A DNA stretch of 64,000 bases, taken from contig JBFWNO010000003.1 of NCBI GenBank assembly GCA_050251015.1, forward strand, positions 1,411-65,410, written 5' to 3'. The DNA comes from Planctomycetota bacterium. GTDB taxonomy: Bacteria > Planctomycetota > JBFWNO01. The translations under genes and the position numbers were made by a program. The notes beneath the pieces are model-generated. The model did not search any database. It was not told the origin of the DNA and saw only the letters and a list, made by a program, of their open reading frames with translations. Shown one piece after another: positions 10,076-20,562 of this stretch. Each line of letters begins with the position of its first letter. Within the stretch, counting starts at the first letter, position 1.

Positions 10076-10627
10076 CTACTTCCCATTGAGCTTCTGAATC
10101 GGCCCCCAATTATTCAGAAATGTGGAGAAGTCCCGCTTGCGGTCTGAGTTGTCCCCGAGGGCCAGGGCCAATTGGTCCTTGCGCTTGAGCCCACGGGACT
10201 CCCAGCACTGCCCATTCGCTGTCACATTGAGATAGCACTGTATAGTGCGGCCATTCCCGTGAATTGCCTTAATGCGCTTCAATAAATCTTTGGGTTTGAT
10301 GACGATGAATTCAGTGATTCGGCGCTCAAACCCCACGACAACGAAAACCCAATAATCCGCTTTGGACTTTGCGAGCTTGTCCTGGTTGATAGACCACCAA
10401 CCGCAGGCCCGCAAAGACTTCTGGAACAAAGATGAGAAATGGGTGGTCAGGAAGTCCCTTGAGAACTTCACCTGGAGGGAGATGGCCTTGTTGTTTTTGG
10501 AGTTTGTAACGAGCAGATCAATCCCAGTGTCTCTGGATGGGACCCATAGGTTGCAGCGTTTGAATGTCTTCTCGATGTAGTCCGCGACTACAAATTCCCC
10601 GGCATGCACTGTGAAGATGGGTTTCAT
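10076..10627 (-). CDS. small PD-(D/E)xK-type (DUF4365/Hjc-like layout) putative nuclease
   Basis: 183 aa, AT-richer than the flanks. Motif layout is GEFVVADYIEK ... SRDTGIDLLV ... ISLQVKFS, i.e. E ... D ... (Q)xK as in restriction-endonuclease-fold proteins. Confidence 0.5.
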   Translation of the reverse strand: MKPIFTVHAGEFVVADYIEKTFKRCNLWVPSRDTGIDLLVTNSKNNKAISLQVKFSRDFLTTHFSSLFQKSLRACGWWSINQDKLAKSKADYWVFVVVGFERRITEFIVIKPKDLLKRIKAIHGNGRTIQCYLNVTANGQCWESRGLKRKDQLALALGDNSDRKRDFSTFLNNWGPIQKLNGK

Positions 10628-10717
10628 TGATTGGAATCATAGCGCATCAATCATGATTCCTTGGCTGGCTAAAAGGTCTCATGACAGCGATCCTGCAGCC
10701 ACTTCTATAATGCACCC

Positions 10718-11353
10718 ATGTGCGGCCGTTTCTCCTTCAATACTGAAGAAGCCAAGATCCGCATCCGCTTTGGGATCGACCTTGCGGGCATACCCCTACC
10801 CCACAATACCGACGTCCGCCCCACCCAACGCATCCTCGCCGTGGTCCATGGACCCAAGGGCCGCGCTCCCGCCTTCTTCCAATGGGGATTGATCCCGCAC
10901 TGGGCCAAAGACAAGGACATCGGCGTCAAGATGATCAACGCCCGCGCTGAAACCGTTGCCGAAAGGCCCAGCTTTAGAGGTCCGTTTTCGAAGCAGCGCT
11001 GCCTGATCGTGGCCGACAGCTTCTATGAATGGAAAAAGAATGGTGCGAAAAAGATCCCCTATCGCATTCGCCTCAAGAGCCATGAGCCCTTTGCGTTCGC
11101 CGGACTCTGGGATTCCTGGACGGGACCGGATGGCAAGGTGATCAAATCCTGCACGATCATCACGACGGAGCCCAATGCTCTGCTCGCGCCCATTCATGCT
11201 CGGATGCCGGTGATCTCCACAGCGGAATGGGAAAACGCGTGGCTGGACCCCGCAGAACGGGACATGAAGAAGTTACAGGGTTATCTGCGGCCCCTGGACG
11301 CGGCGCTGATGGAGGCCGAGGCATTGGAGGAGTTCCCGCCGGTTCTGCAATGA
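10718..11353 (+). CDS. SOS-response-associated peptidase (SRAP / YedK-HMCES family, abasic-site DNA-protein crosslink enzyme)
   Basis: Starts MCGRF (catalytic Cys2). Family motifs: RPTQRILAV, WGLIPHWAKD, INARAETV, RCLIVADSFYEW, PFAFAGLW, SCTIITTEPN, IHARMPV. Confidence 0.9.
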   Translation: MCGRFSFNTEEAKIRIRFGIDLAGIPLPHNTDVRPTQRILAVVHGPKGRAPAFFQWGLIPHWAKDKDIGVKMINARAETVAERPSFRGPFSKQRCLIVADSFYEWKKNGAKKIPYRIRLKSHEPFAFAGLWDSWTGPDGKVIKSCTIITTEPNALLAPIHARMPVISTAEWENAWLDPAERDMKKLQGYLRPLDAALMEAEALEEFPPVLQ

Positions 11354-11393
11354 GAGCGGAGCGGTAGAAGTCGCCAATCTACCGAACTATATT

Positions 11394-14300
11394 TCAATAC
11401 TGCATCTTGTGAAGGTGATTAACGCGCCCCTTGAAGTATTTAAGATTAAGAGCTTTGGTCACGTGTATCACAGCGACAGTGTGAGTGTATTTTCCCCTGT
11501 TGGGGTAAATGTCCCTTTCATAACGCTGGAGGTTGATTAGAACGAGTAGATCCTTATTACATTTCACGAGGATACTCTTCAAGACAGAAGGGGTACATAA
11601 GAGACGCATCCCGAAATCGTCTTCATCTTCCCTATCCTGGCCTTCCCTGCCCCATGCCTGCGCGGACAAAACTGGACGACCACGGGCATCCTTCCAGATA
11701 CGGCCAAATGAGTCACCTTTTGATAGAGAGCAGAATTCAACAAAGTCATGTGCCAAATACGATCTGGAATTGGCCGTTGACACACTATATGGATCGTGCT
11801 TATCGAGACGAGCATCATCGGACGGACAAACAATCCAAGGCGTGTATTCACTCATATTGCCTCTAAAATATTCTCTATTTTCTTCGTCCACTTGTAAGCA
11901 TGGAACACAAACTACCATCGGCTCTTCGCAAACCAACTTGCGCGCGAGAACGGCTGCTCTTTGCGGAGAAACCAAGGCAGATGAAATACGAACTTTGACG
12001 TTGTCTGCGGATGTCCATTGGCCATCGACAATAAGACCTTTGCTCATTCGCGGTCCACTGTTGATTAGCGTCAGAATTTTCTCGCGATCGCCAATAATCG
12101 ACAGCTCATTTTTCTTTCTTTCAAGGAGAATTTTCGCTGTATCGAGTGGCGTTCTGTCAGTCCCATCCGACAACCAGAGTCCATCATTGCTCGTGAGGGT
12201 ATATCGACCAAACCACTCCCTCCAAGGATCGCCATCATGCCAGCTATCATCTGTAACTGGATAATCCTTAAGCAACCTGCCTGCAACAATGAAGAGAGCA
12301 TGCCAGCCTAGTTGCTGTCCATACGTTTGATATCGGGTAGTCATCTCGTAGGAAGCATGCCTGTATCGAGACTCTCGCCCAGGTGAGTCATGCATAGCTT
12401 CGACCTTCGGATCGATTGCATGGACAATTTCCGCCATCTGATCGACGACTTTCCAGCACTGTTGGCCGAAGACACGTGCAAGATTGTCTACGTCATACTT
12501 GTGAAAGTCGTAGTCGAGATGGAACTGGAAGGCCGGTTCCGGCTGAGATTTTGGGCGGCCTGAGTAGGCGTCTTCGTTTTTCCGAAGCCTCTTCTTGAGA
12601 CGCCCGTGCGGAGAGCGGTCAGTATCGCGTACACATGTCGCTTGCTTGGCAGGAAGATTCAAATGCCCAGCACTCATACATATATGTAACGCCTGGCCGG
12701 CAAAGTGCCGCATTAGGACATGCGGATCAATATCATTAACTACAATTTGCAGTAGCTGATCCCTATAGCGCGCAATCTGAGCTGGAAAGTCCGTCGCTAT
12801 CCTAGCCAACGCAATGAGCAGCCATAGACGAGCATGCATGTAGAAGAACGGAAGCTCTTTCGCTTGAAAGGGCCCCGCACCTACCTCACTGAACTTTTCA
12901 ACAACTTTATCAATAACATCCCAGCGTCCGAATTTTGCAAATGTTCGGAGACTGTGGGCTGCGCGCCACCGATCAACGGCGTATGGAGAACCGAAGACGC
13001 GCCAAATTAGGCCTGCACTGATTTTCTGAATATCACCCGGCGGATAATGCCCCTCTGTCCAAGGACCATCGACGACACTATCCACCAGTCTCGCAGCCTC
13101 ACTAGAAAGGAGTCGTCTTAATGCGAGCTGTCCCTGTCCTGCATCAGACTCAGGACAGATAAGCGTTGCAAAGGCGAGCCAGACTGAGCCTGGAACCATA
13201 TTGTCCAAACGGGCACAGTTTTTGATGAGTTTAATAATTAGATCTGGAATCGGAACACCTGTAAGATCAGATATCTCCTTGATGTTGGAGCCGGACAAAC
13301 GGCCATCCACAACAAGATCATGGGAATGCGCATTGATGAGAATGTCGGCCAGATCCGCATAAATATCTGTAAGCGCAACTGATGATCTATTCCATGCTTT
13401 TTTAGCATCCTTTAACTCGACCAACTTCCAGTAGAAAAAGAGGTTATCAAGCGTTGCAATATTATGAATATATTTCGAGCGGAAACGATATGGAACCTTC
13501 CCTCTTAGATTTACAAAGAAGTCGCCTTTCAAATCGCACATGTTTCCAAGCGCATTAAACTCATCGATTGCTTTGATTAAAGATGATTCATCTATAGGAT
13601 CTGTCTTCACCACAATATGTTTGAGATCCTTCCGATTTTTTTTTCCACGCTCGTCCATTACTTTACGATTTTTGAGATTAGGAAAACTTGCATGGTTATT
13701 TCGATCATTACGCATATCCCTCACCTTGGCGTAGCAAGCGCGCGCTGCTACAAGATGTCTTGCAACTTCTGAAGACGGTCCAAGGGCTTCGTGCGCAAGG
13801 TTACCGAGCGTTTCGAATGTATCATCCATCGCAACATCGGGGTTATTGTCCTGGAACTGGTCAATCAATTCCTCGATAACCACTGGGTCAGGACCCGCCT
13901 GCTGACGCAACGCTTGCGCGAACTCCTTCGAGCTAGAAAAATAATGCTCAACCGGATTGGCAAGGCGGTTTAGAGCAAGCGCGACTTTCGCATCAATTTT
14001 ATTATCTCTAAGCAAGCCAATTAGATATGGAAGCAAGGTAACATTCAGGGCAATCTTTGACCTATCGTCCCAACGACTCAGCTTTGCTAACCCCCTCGGG
14101 CCGGCAACCCTAGATAAACCATGTCCATACGCGCCCCAGAAGAATTTCTCAGGCTCTTCCCCAATATTAAGTTCACAGATATTTGACAACGTGTGGAAAT
14201 CATGCTCGTCAAGCTCACTACCCTTCATTTGGGAGGCGAATAGCAAAAGTTCATTAGTAAACTGGTAGTCTCCCGAACCTATCGCGTCCATCTGCTCGAG

Positions 14301-17300
14301 CCCATAACGAAAGTACTTCGATGCTTCGCATATGCTTGCTGGCAACATGGCACGACCCAACGCTCCGAATAAAGATGCTCTATAGCCGACTTCGTCTTCC
14401 CTTTCGATCAAGGCGCGAACCTTTATCGCTTGTTCACCAGCCAGCGTTTGCAGCATCCTTTTTTGCGCAAGGATCGCAACGATATGTATGCGGCTATGCG
14501 CTCCAATTTTCTGGTTATCGATGCTGGACAATAGACGTTTTACAGTAGCCAGCTTAAGCTCAGGACGGAACCAGAAGGCAAAGAGCATAATATCGAAGCC
14601 CAACAAACGAAAGAAATGTTCAATCTCGTCAGGACGGTACGAATCGACGCTTCTGGAAGATTTCTCCCATGCTTTGATCAGCTCGTCAAATGTCTTGTCT
14701 ATTAAACTTGGACGCGATCCGAGAACCGCCGAAAACGCCCTCGTTAGTGCAAGTAACGGCTCAAGCCGCTGGCTTAAAAACCGCCCTGCACTATGATGAG
14801 ACTCATTGCTAAGGGAGTTGGATTTGGCGCCCTGTCCTTCGTCTTTCGTTTTGTTATTTAAGCATTTATCTATTCTTTCTTTTGCCTTGTCACGGAACTC
14901 CTTCCCTGCAACATCTTTTCCAATGCGAGAACAAATATGCACAAGCTCTTGTGGCAGTAAATCCCTGTCATGCACGGGTTGATTCTTAATAGCAGCGTGT
15001 AGCGCGATTCGAAACAAGAAGGGGAAAACATCGCGGTTATAGGAAACATCACGGAAAGCCCAAAGGTTAGGGCGCTTATGTGGAACACGCATGGATATTG
15101 CCATCGCCTCCGACTTCATGCCCAACGACAACGCGATCGCTGCAGACTTGCGCAACCCATCCTGTAGCTCATTTGAACGACTTCGATGAATGGCATCGCG
15201 AAGGTCGAGATTTGCTGCACCCTTGCAACGATTTGCAAGCTTGGCTACCAAGTCTTTGCATTTCGCCTTCGAAAGTTCGTTGAATGATAGGGCGGCGGCC
15301 AGAACACCAATGCTTGAGAGCACACTAACGAATTTGTTATGCCGCAATGATTGTTTAGAACGAAGTGACTGCGAGAGCCTCAAATAACCAAATATGTGTT
15401 CGCAGATCTCATATGCATACCAGTCTTTCCACCGATTTAGATATTGCATGGCATCCACGCAACGACCCTGCGAGATCATAAAGAAGGGTATCGCAGCGAT
15501 GTCTGTGGGCTCGGGGATATGATCGCGAGGCTCGTGATCACGGCTTTCGCGTCTGTAATGTTCGATCCATTCATAGCCCAAGTGAAAATGACGGGATGCT
15601 TCATCAGAGTCGCCAGAAAGCGTGTTGACTATGGCAAGACGCGTATGACGGGCTCCCCGCCAACCAGTTTTTGTCTCAAAAAGACGCCTCATCGCATCCA
15701 TGTCCTGGGCAGCCACAATGAGATCTGGATGATCGCGAATATAATCCCTGCCGCGCTCATCAACTGCCGCGATAGTTGAAAGTTCGAGCAACAATCGGAC
15801 AAGACTGTTGTAATCTTTTTTTTGGGCGGCGTGAAGTGTTGCCGATTTAAGTCTGGAATATCGCACATTCCTCTTGCCGATAGCACTCGTGATGGTCGAT
15901 GGTATACGATCATCAAAGGCAAGTTTGATAAGTTGTTCTCCATCGTTAAGTTGAAGTAAGAGTCCGGGTAACGCACGTGCTGCGTAGACAGAAACATCCT
16001 GTCGTTCAAATAGTTTAGTGGCCACATGGAGAATTGCCTCGCGTGATGACACATACCGTTTATTGACAAATGTCTCAGTCGGTTCATCACGAAACATTAG
16101 CCCCTGGTTTGTGCGCTCCAGAAACGGCGACAAATCCGAAGAAAAGCTTTTGATCGCGTCGAGTGCCATGGTATGCGCACCGGCATATTCTTCAAGGGGC
16201 ACTGGCGGCGGAAGTACGGCAAGACCGGCAAGGAACGCATTTATATCTTTCTCCTGGCATCCTCGCAGATTTGCGGCGGAAAGCGCGTCAGTAATTCTTT
16301 TCTGAATAAGATCTTCTAGTTCAATTTTTTTATCGATCTCGGACTGATCCAGCACCCCGCCGCCTTCTTTGAGGAGATATTCAAGCACGCGTGGATTCCC
16401 ACCTGAGCGAGCATGCGCAACATTGATTTTTATCTCTGAGGGATTTTTTAGCCTTGTGCGCATAAATGATGCTGTTTCACTCTTGCTAAAAGGTCGCAGC
16501 TCATACTCATCGTATTTGGCATGGGTTACCGGCTTGCGTTCAGGACGACAGGAAATTATGAGTTTGACTCCAGGTATTGGCTCGGCGTCCAAGCATTCAA
16601 GGAATTTAATTGGGAAACAGTCTTCACTACGCCGACGCGCAATAATATCTGCATTATCTATCGCATCGATTAGCAGAGCTAGCTTCTTCCCTGGTGTATA
16701 TCTTCTTATCGTTTCAAGAGACTGAATAAGACGCCTTCTGAAGGTTTTTAGCAAGCCTTGTACATCTGGATTGTCAGGCAAAATAGGATCACAAAAGCCA
16801 CGAAAGGCTAGAGTATTCGCTATATGGATTACCCCTTTCTTTGGCAGGTGACGGGAATCCTCGGGAGACCGGTAAGCACCTCCACCAAAGCAATCGAAAA
16901 AAACAACCTCATAATTGTTAGCCAACACTGTTTCGAGCGTACTCATAAAAACGGTCTTGCCGACTCCACCAGTTGCATGAATAAGTAGTGGCATGGCCGT
17001 ATTCGAAACACGAGCAATGACTTCAGCAAGCTGTTCACGCTCAAGAATATTGCCGACTTTAGGGAGCGTGGATTCACACGGCAATAAATCCTTCGGATCG
17101 CCGATTTGTAATGCACCCAGTATGTCAGTGCGCGTTATCAAGTTTCTGCCTGTGCCCGCACAACCAGCCTTTTCACGTACGAGCTCCCTCAGTTTTCCAA
17201 GTCTTGCTGAAGCATTGGCGTCATATGTAGCAGACCAGTCAATGAGCATACGCGTCAGTTCATTCTTTGTTTCACGAAGGTTGCCAGATCGGCCAAAAAG

Positions 17301-17843
17301 TTTGAACTTCCGTACGAATGACGCCAGAGGCTTGCCACTTAAACCAGAATATTTCTCAAGCTGCTTTGCCTGTCGCTCAGCATCACCCTTGCATGACGAA
17401 CAAGAAGCCAAGCCATCCATTGCCTCTATGAGTGACTTACTGATCGGCTGGTTTGTAACGAGCTGAAAATCGAGCTTTGCTTCAACGGCTTTAACACCGT
17501 ATTTCCTCATGTAATCTACATATGTCTTGCCGAACTTCACCACAGTATTCTTCGCATCAGCCGCCCGAAATTCCTTGTCTTCGCTAGCAATCGAGTACTT
17601 GAACTGGACAATGGTCGTCTTATTAGCCTGTTTAAATTCAGGGTTGCCTCCGAAATACTTTGTTAGGTCAGCGATATCGATAGTTTGTGTGGATGCATGG
17701 ATCTGGTCAGCTGTTGACAATCCCTCCACGGCAATGGCTGTCAGATCGCTTTCTGGCAAAAGGAGTTGCATGGCCATTCGTGCCGTCCACGCTTCATGAA
17801 ATTCGTGACCGTCACGAGATGCTCTGACTTTTTCTACTCTCAT
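11394..17843 (-). CDS. giant Cap4/DUF4297-like nuclease - STAND NTPase - long C-terminal sensor protein (Avs/NLR-like defence candidate)
   Basis: Uninterrupted 2,149-aa ORF, visibly AT-rich. N-terminus GHEFHEAWTARMAMQLL...IAVEGL...IDIADL...IVQFKYS (PD-(D/E)xK of Cap4 type). Walker A LLIHATGGVGKT, Walker B LALLIDAIDNAD, ISCRPE, LRPFSKSE, GGNPRVL (GxP-like). About 1,650 further aa carry no nameable motif. Confidence 0.85.
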   Translation of the reverse strand: MRVEKVRASRDGHEFHEAWTARMAMQLLLPESDLTAIAVEGLSTADQIHASTQTIDIADLTKYFGGNPEFKQANKTTIVQFKYSIASEDKEFRAADAKNTVVKFGKTYVDYMRKYGVKAVEAKLDFQLVTNQPISKSLIEAMDGLASCSSCKGDAERQAKQLEKYSGLSGKPLASFVRKFKLFGRSGNLRETKNELTRMLIDWSATYDANASARLGKLRELVREKAGCAGTGRNLITRTDILGALQIGDPKDLLPCESTLPKVGNILEREQLAEVIARVSNTAMPLLIHATGGVGKTVFMSTLETVLANNYEVVFFDCFGGGAYRSPEDSRHLPKKGVIHIANTLAFRGFCDPILPDNPDVQGLLKTFRRRLIQSLETIRRYTPGKKLALLIDAIDNADIIARRRSEDCFPIKFLECLDAEPIPGVKLIISCRPERKPVTHAKYDEYELRPFSKSETASFMRTRLKNPSEIKINVAHARSGGNPRVLEYLLKEGGGVLDQSEIDKKIELEDLIQKRITDALSAANLRGCQEKDINAFLAGLAVLPPPVPLEEYAGAHTMALDAIKSFSSDLSPFLERTNQGLMFRDEPTETFVNKRYVSSREAILHVATKLFERQDVSVYAARALPGLLLQLNDGEQLIKLAFDDRIPSTITSAIGKRNVRYSRLKSATLHAAQKKDYNSLVRLLLELSTIAAVDERGRDYIRDHPDLIVAAQDMDAMRRLFETKTGWRGARHTRLAIVNTLSGDSDEASRHFHLGYEWIEHYRRESRDHEPRDHIPEPTDIAAIPFFMISQGRCVDAMQYLNRWKDWYAYEICEHIFGYLRLSQSLRSKQSLRHNKFVSVLSSIGVLAAALSFNELSKAKCKDLVAKLANRCKGAANLDLRDAIHRSRSNELQDGLRKSAAIALSLGMKSEAMAISMRVPHKRPNLWAFRDVSYNRDVFPFLFRIALHAAIKNQPVHDRDLLPQELVHICSRIGKDVAGKEFRDKAKERIDKCLNNKTKDEGQGAKSNSLSNESHHSAGRFLSQRLEPLLALTRAFSAVLGSRPSLIDKTFDELIKAWEKSSRSVDSYRPDEIEHFFRLLGFDIMLFAFWFRPELKLATVKRLLSSIDNQKIGAHSRIHIVAILAQKRMLQTLAGEQAIKVRALIEREDEVGYRASLFGALGRAMLPASICEASKYFRYGLEQMDAIGSGDYQFTNELLLFASQMKGSELDEHDFHTLSNICELNIGEEPEKFFWGAYGHGLSRVAGPRGLAKLSRWDDRSKIALNVTLLPYLIGLLRDNKIDAKVALALNRLANPVEHYFSSSKEFAQALRQQAGPDPVVIEELIDQFQDNNPDVAMDDTFETLGNLAHEALGPSSEVARHLVAARACYAKVRDMRNDRNNHASFPNLKNRKVMDERGKKNRKDLKHIVVKTDPIDESSLIKAIDEFNALGNMCDLKGDFFVNLRGKVPYRFRSKYIHNIATLDNLFFYWKLVELKDAKKAWNRSSVALTDIYADLADILINAHSHDLVVDGRLSGSNIKEISDLTGVPIPDLIIKLIKNCARLDNMVPGSVWLAFATLICPESDAGQGQLALRRLLSSEAARLVDSVVDGPWTEGHYPPGDIQKISAGLIWRVFGSPYAVDRWRAAHSLRTFAKFGRWDVIDKVVEKFSEVGAGPFQAKELPFFYMHARLWLLIALARIATDFPAQIARYRDQLLQIVVNDIDPHVLMRHFAGQALHICMSAGHLNLPAKQATCVRDTDRSPHGRLKKRLRKNEDAYSGRPKSQPEPAFQFHLDYDFHKYDVDNLARVFGQQCWKVVDQMAEIVHAIDPKVEAMHDSPGRESRYRHASYEMTTRYQTYGQQLGWHALFIVAGRLLKDYPVTDDSWHDGDPWREWFGRYTLTSNDGLWLSDGTDRTPLDTAKILLERKKNELSIIGDREKILTLINSGPRMSKGLIVDGQWTSADNVKVRISSALVSPQRAAVLARKLVCEEPMVVCVPCLQVDEENREYFRGNMSEYTPWIVCPSDDARLDKHDPYSVSTANSRSYLAHDFVEFCSLSKGDSFGRIWKDARGRPVLSAQAWGREGQDREDEDDFGMRLLCTPSVLKSILVKCNKDLLVLINLQRYERDIYPNRGKYTHTVAVIHVTKALNLKYFKGRVNHLHKMQY

Positions 17844-18015
17844 TTGAATTCGTGAATCAGTCTCGAATTCCGCCCAATGTACGGTTCACAAATATATTTC
17901 CAGAAATCACAAGGCATAGTAGGCACCTCCTCGGATCGTGATTGCCAACTTATTGAGTCATACATCGCAACCCGCCGCAACCGGTTATCAACCTGTATCT
18001 TCGCATGGCTACATT

Positions 18016-20562
18016 TCATTCCTTCGCCACCACCGTGTCATACAGCCCATAAGTCCTGAGTCCCTCATGGCTCTCGATGCCAGTGTAGCGCAGTGACGCG
18101 TCTTCGTACCGTCGGAACGCGAATACTGCCTGGTTCATCTGCTCGGTGTTGAAGACCTTGAGTCGCACGAGCAGGTGGAAGTCCTTAACCGCCAGCCCAG
18201 TGACGGCCAGAAACAGATCTGGTTCCAGCTTGGTGATCACGTCTTGGAGTGTGTTCTCGCGGAAATCTGTCAGGTACATGAACGCGGGGATCCGCGTTGC
18301 GAACTTGATCAGCTTCTCCTGCACAAGCTTGCGCTTGGACTTATACTCCTTTTCCTCCTCGGTGAGCTGCTTCTTCTGCTTGTCGGTCAACTCCTTGTCT
18401 CTGCCCTTGTTCTTGAGCTCCTTGACCTTGTCGCTCTTGTTGATGATGGTCTCGATGATGTTGTCGCCAAGCGCCCGCCATCCCTCAATGCGCTCAACGG
18501 CGGCCATCGCCTCAGGGTTGTCCAAGATGCGGCGTAGGGTTTCGTTATCCACATTTACGAGCAGTGCACTCTCCCATTTGCGGGCCAGCAGCGTGGCCGA
18601 GGTGCCAGCCATCGCGATATCGAGGATGCCACCCGCATCGATCTGCGTCATGTTTGCGCCGTCGTAGGCCAGCACCGGCAGGAATGACACGAGATCCTTG
18701 ACGGCATTCTCGGGGTTGGGCTCGGTGGGCGACAGGCCGATCCCGTACTCAGAGATCTGCCGTAGCGCACGCGTGGGCGCGAAGTCAAAAACGAAGCAGA
18801 CAGGCTTGAGCACCTCCTCCTCGTTCGGATTGTCGCCATGAGGGTTCTTAATGGCCCATGGCGACTGAACGCGGAATGCGGCCTGAAAGTAGGTTTCCGG
18901 TGACTTGAGGTTGCGTAGCATCAGGATTGATGACCACTGCGGCACCGTCACTCCGGTGGCGAGCTTTCCGCACGAGAGCGTGATGGTCTTGGTCTCGAAT
19001 CCGCTACCGAGGGCTTTGCGCACGGGCGGCAACGCCTCCAATCCAATGCCAGCCGAGGCGCCAGCGGCGATGATCACCTGATAGTCGCGCCAGAAGGTGT
19101 TGTGCCTCTCTGCCAGCAGGTTTGCCATCGCGTGGCAAGCCGCGACATTAGGGAGGAACCAAAAGGAGTGCTGAAGGTAGGGTAACAGGCGCGCGTCCGA
19201 ATATGGAAATGGCGGCCGAGTGCCCGTCTTCAGATGTTCGGCTGACTTAGGAGCATATCCTCCCCGAATGATCTCCAGCCACTTCTGCACATCGCTTGCG
19301 TGTTTGAACCGCGCCTTAGTCCCTGTGCCCGATGCCTCGAAGAAGGCGTTGAGATCGAACTCGTCGAACTCCCCAGCGCTTGCAATTGCCAGAAGTTCAT
19401 CCGGCATCTGGTAGGTGAGCAGGCGCATCTGTGGCAGTGCACCATAGGGGTTCCGGTTGCCGGGATTCCTGGCGGCGAATTCCTCCTTGGCACGCTGCTC
19501 ATCGGTGTAGGTCCAGTTGTAAATCTGTTCTTCGATAAATTCGCCGGTGGCCAACGCTTTGAACGGTGTTCCAGATAGGTAGAGACATGCCTTGGTCGTG
19601 ATGGGCAGGAACTCGGTTTCCCTTTCCAATGGTTCCTGCAAATCGGCGATTTTCTCTTTCTGGCCCTTGGCATCTTCCAACCGGGCCTCCACCCTGGAGA
19701 TCGCCTCTTCTTCGTCCTCGAATAGTTCCTTCGCACTATCCCGCCATGCCCCGAAGTGGTACTCATCGAAAACCACAAGGTCCCAATTCACCTCATGGAG
19801 CCATTCATTCTTGGCCTTGATGTTCCCGGCCTTGTCACGGCCGAGCAGGTCCTGGAAAGAGCCGAAATAGACGAGCGGGTTTTTCGAGGAGGCCTTTGTT
19901 GGGTCGCCACCTGAAGCTTTCGACAGGTATTGCCAGCCATCAAAATCCACATGGGATTTGAGGTCAATCTCCCACGCATCCTCAACGGCGGGTTTGAAAG
20001 TAACCACAAGCACTCGCTTGGCGCCGAGCTTTTTCGCGAGTTGGTAGGTGGTGAAGGTCTTGCCGAAGCGCATCTTCGCGTTCCAGAGGAACCGAGGGAC
20101 CGCATGCCTGTCCTCCTTCCAGATGGAATGGAAGTAAGCGTGCGTCTTGTTCACAGCCTCGATTTGCTCGCGGCGCATCGGGAAGGTCTCGTGATGCGTG
20201 CCGGTGAACATCTTGCCACAGCGCAGTTCGGCGAGCACGGTCTTCACGTCATTGACCGAGCAACGCATCCATTCCAGCTCGGCATTTTCAAATTTCTTCT
20301 TAGCGAGTATGGCGCGCACCTGGTGATCTGTGATGATCGTGCCATCGTCGCGCTCGGCTGGCTCGTCAAGCTCGATCTTGTAGTTCTTGATCGCGGCAGT
20401 CTTGAGCTGCTCGGCAACACGCTGCTTCACGCTCCGCGTGGTTTGACCAACTTTGAGTAGCCCCGCATGCGCCCTGTCGTCAATCGAATATGCGTAGATG
20501 CGTGGACGGGCTTCCGGTTTGGGCGCAAGGATTTCTTCTATGCGCTTACTCATCACCCTCAC
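18016..20562 (-). CDS. T5orf172/GIY-YIG-like domain fused to SF2 (DEAH, type III Res-like) helicase
   Basis: 848 aa. N-terminus RIYAYSIDDRAHAGLLKVGQTTRSVKQRVAEQL...ELEWMRCS matches the T5orf172/MUG113 pattern. Helicase motifs: MRFGKTFT (I), LVVFDEYHFGAW (II), LYLSGTPF (III), QAAFRVQSP (VI). K/E-rich coiled C-terminal region. 17-nt overlap with the upstream MTase gene. Confidence 0.85.
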   Translation of the reverse strand: MRVMSKRIEEILAPKPEARPRIYAYSIDDRAHAGLLKVGQTTRSVKQRVAEQLKTAAIKNYKIELDEPAERDDGTIITDHQVRAILAKKKFENAELEWMRCSVNDVKTVLAELRCGKMFTGTHHETFPMRREQIEAVNKTHAYFHSIWKEDRHAVPRFLWNAKMRFGKTFTTYQLAKKLGAKRVLVVTFKPAVEDAWEIDLKSHVDFDGWQYLSKASGGDPTKASSKNPLVYFGSFQDLLGRDKAGNIKAKNEWLHEVNWDLVVFDEYHFGAWRDSAKELFEDEEEAISRVEARLEDAKGQKEKIADLQEPLERETEFLPITTKACLYLSGTPFKALATGEFIEEQIYNWTYTDEQRAKEEFAARNPGNRNPYGALPQMRLLTYQMPDELLAIASAGEFDEFDLNAFFEASGTGTKARFKHASDVQKWLEIIRGGYAPKSAEHLKTGTRPPFPYSDARLLPYLQHSFWFLPNVAACHAMANLLAERHNTFWRDYQVIIAAGASAGIGLEALPPVRKALGSGFETKTITLSCGKLATGVTVPQWSSILMLRNLKSPETYFQAAFRVQSPWAIKNPHGDNPNEEEVLKPVCFVFDFAPTRALRQISEYGIGLSPTEPNPENAVKDLVSFLPVLAYDGANMTQIDAGGILDIAMAGTSATLLARKWESALLVNVDNETLRRILDNPEAMAAVERIEGWRALGDNIIETIINKSDKVKELKNKGRDKELTDKQKKQLTEEEKEYKSKRKLVQEKLIKFATRIPAFMYLTDFRENTLQDVITKLEPDLFLAVTGLAVKDFHLLVRLKVFNTEQMNQAVFAFRRYEDASLRYTGIESHEGLRTYGLYDTVVAKE

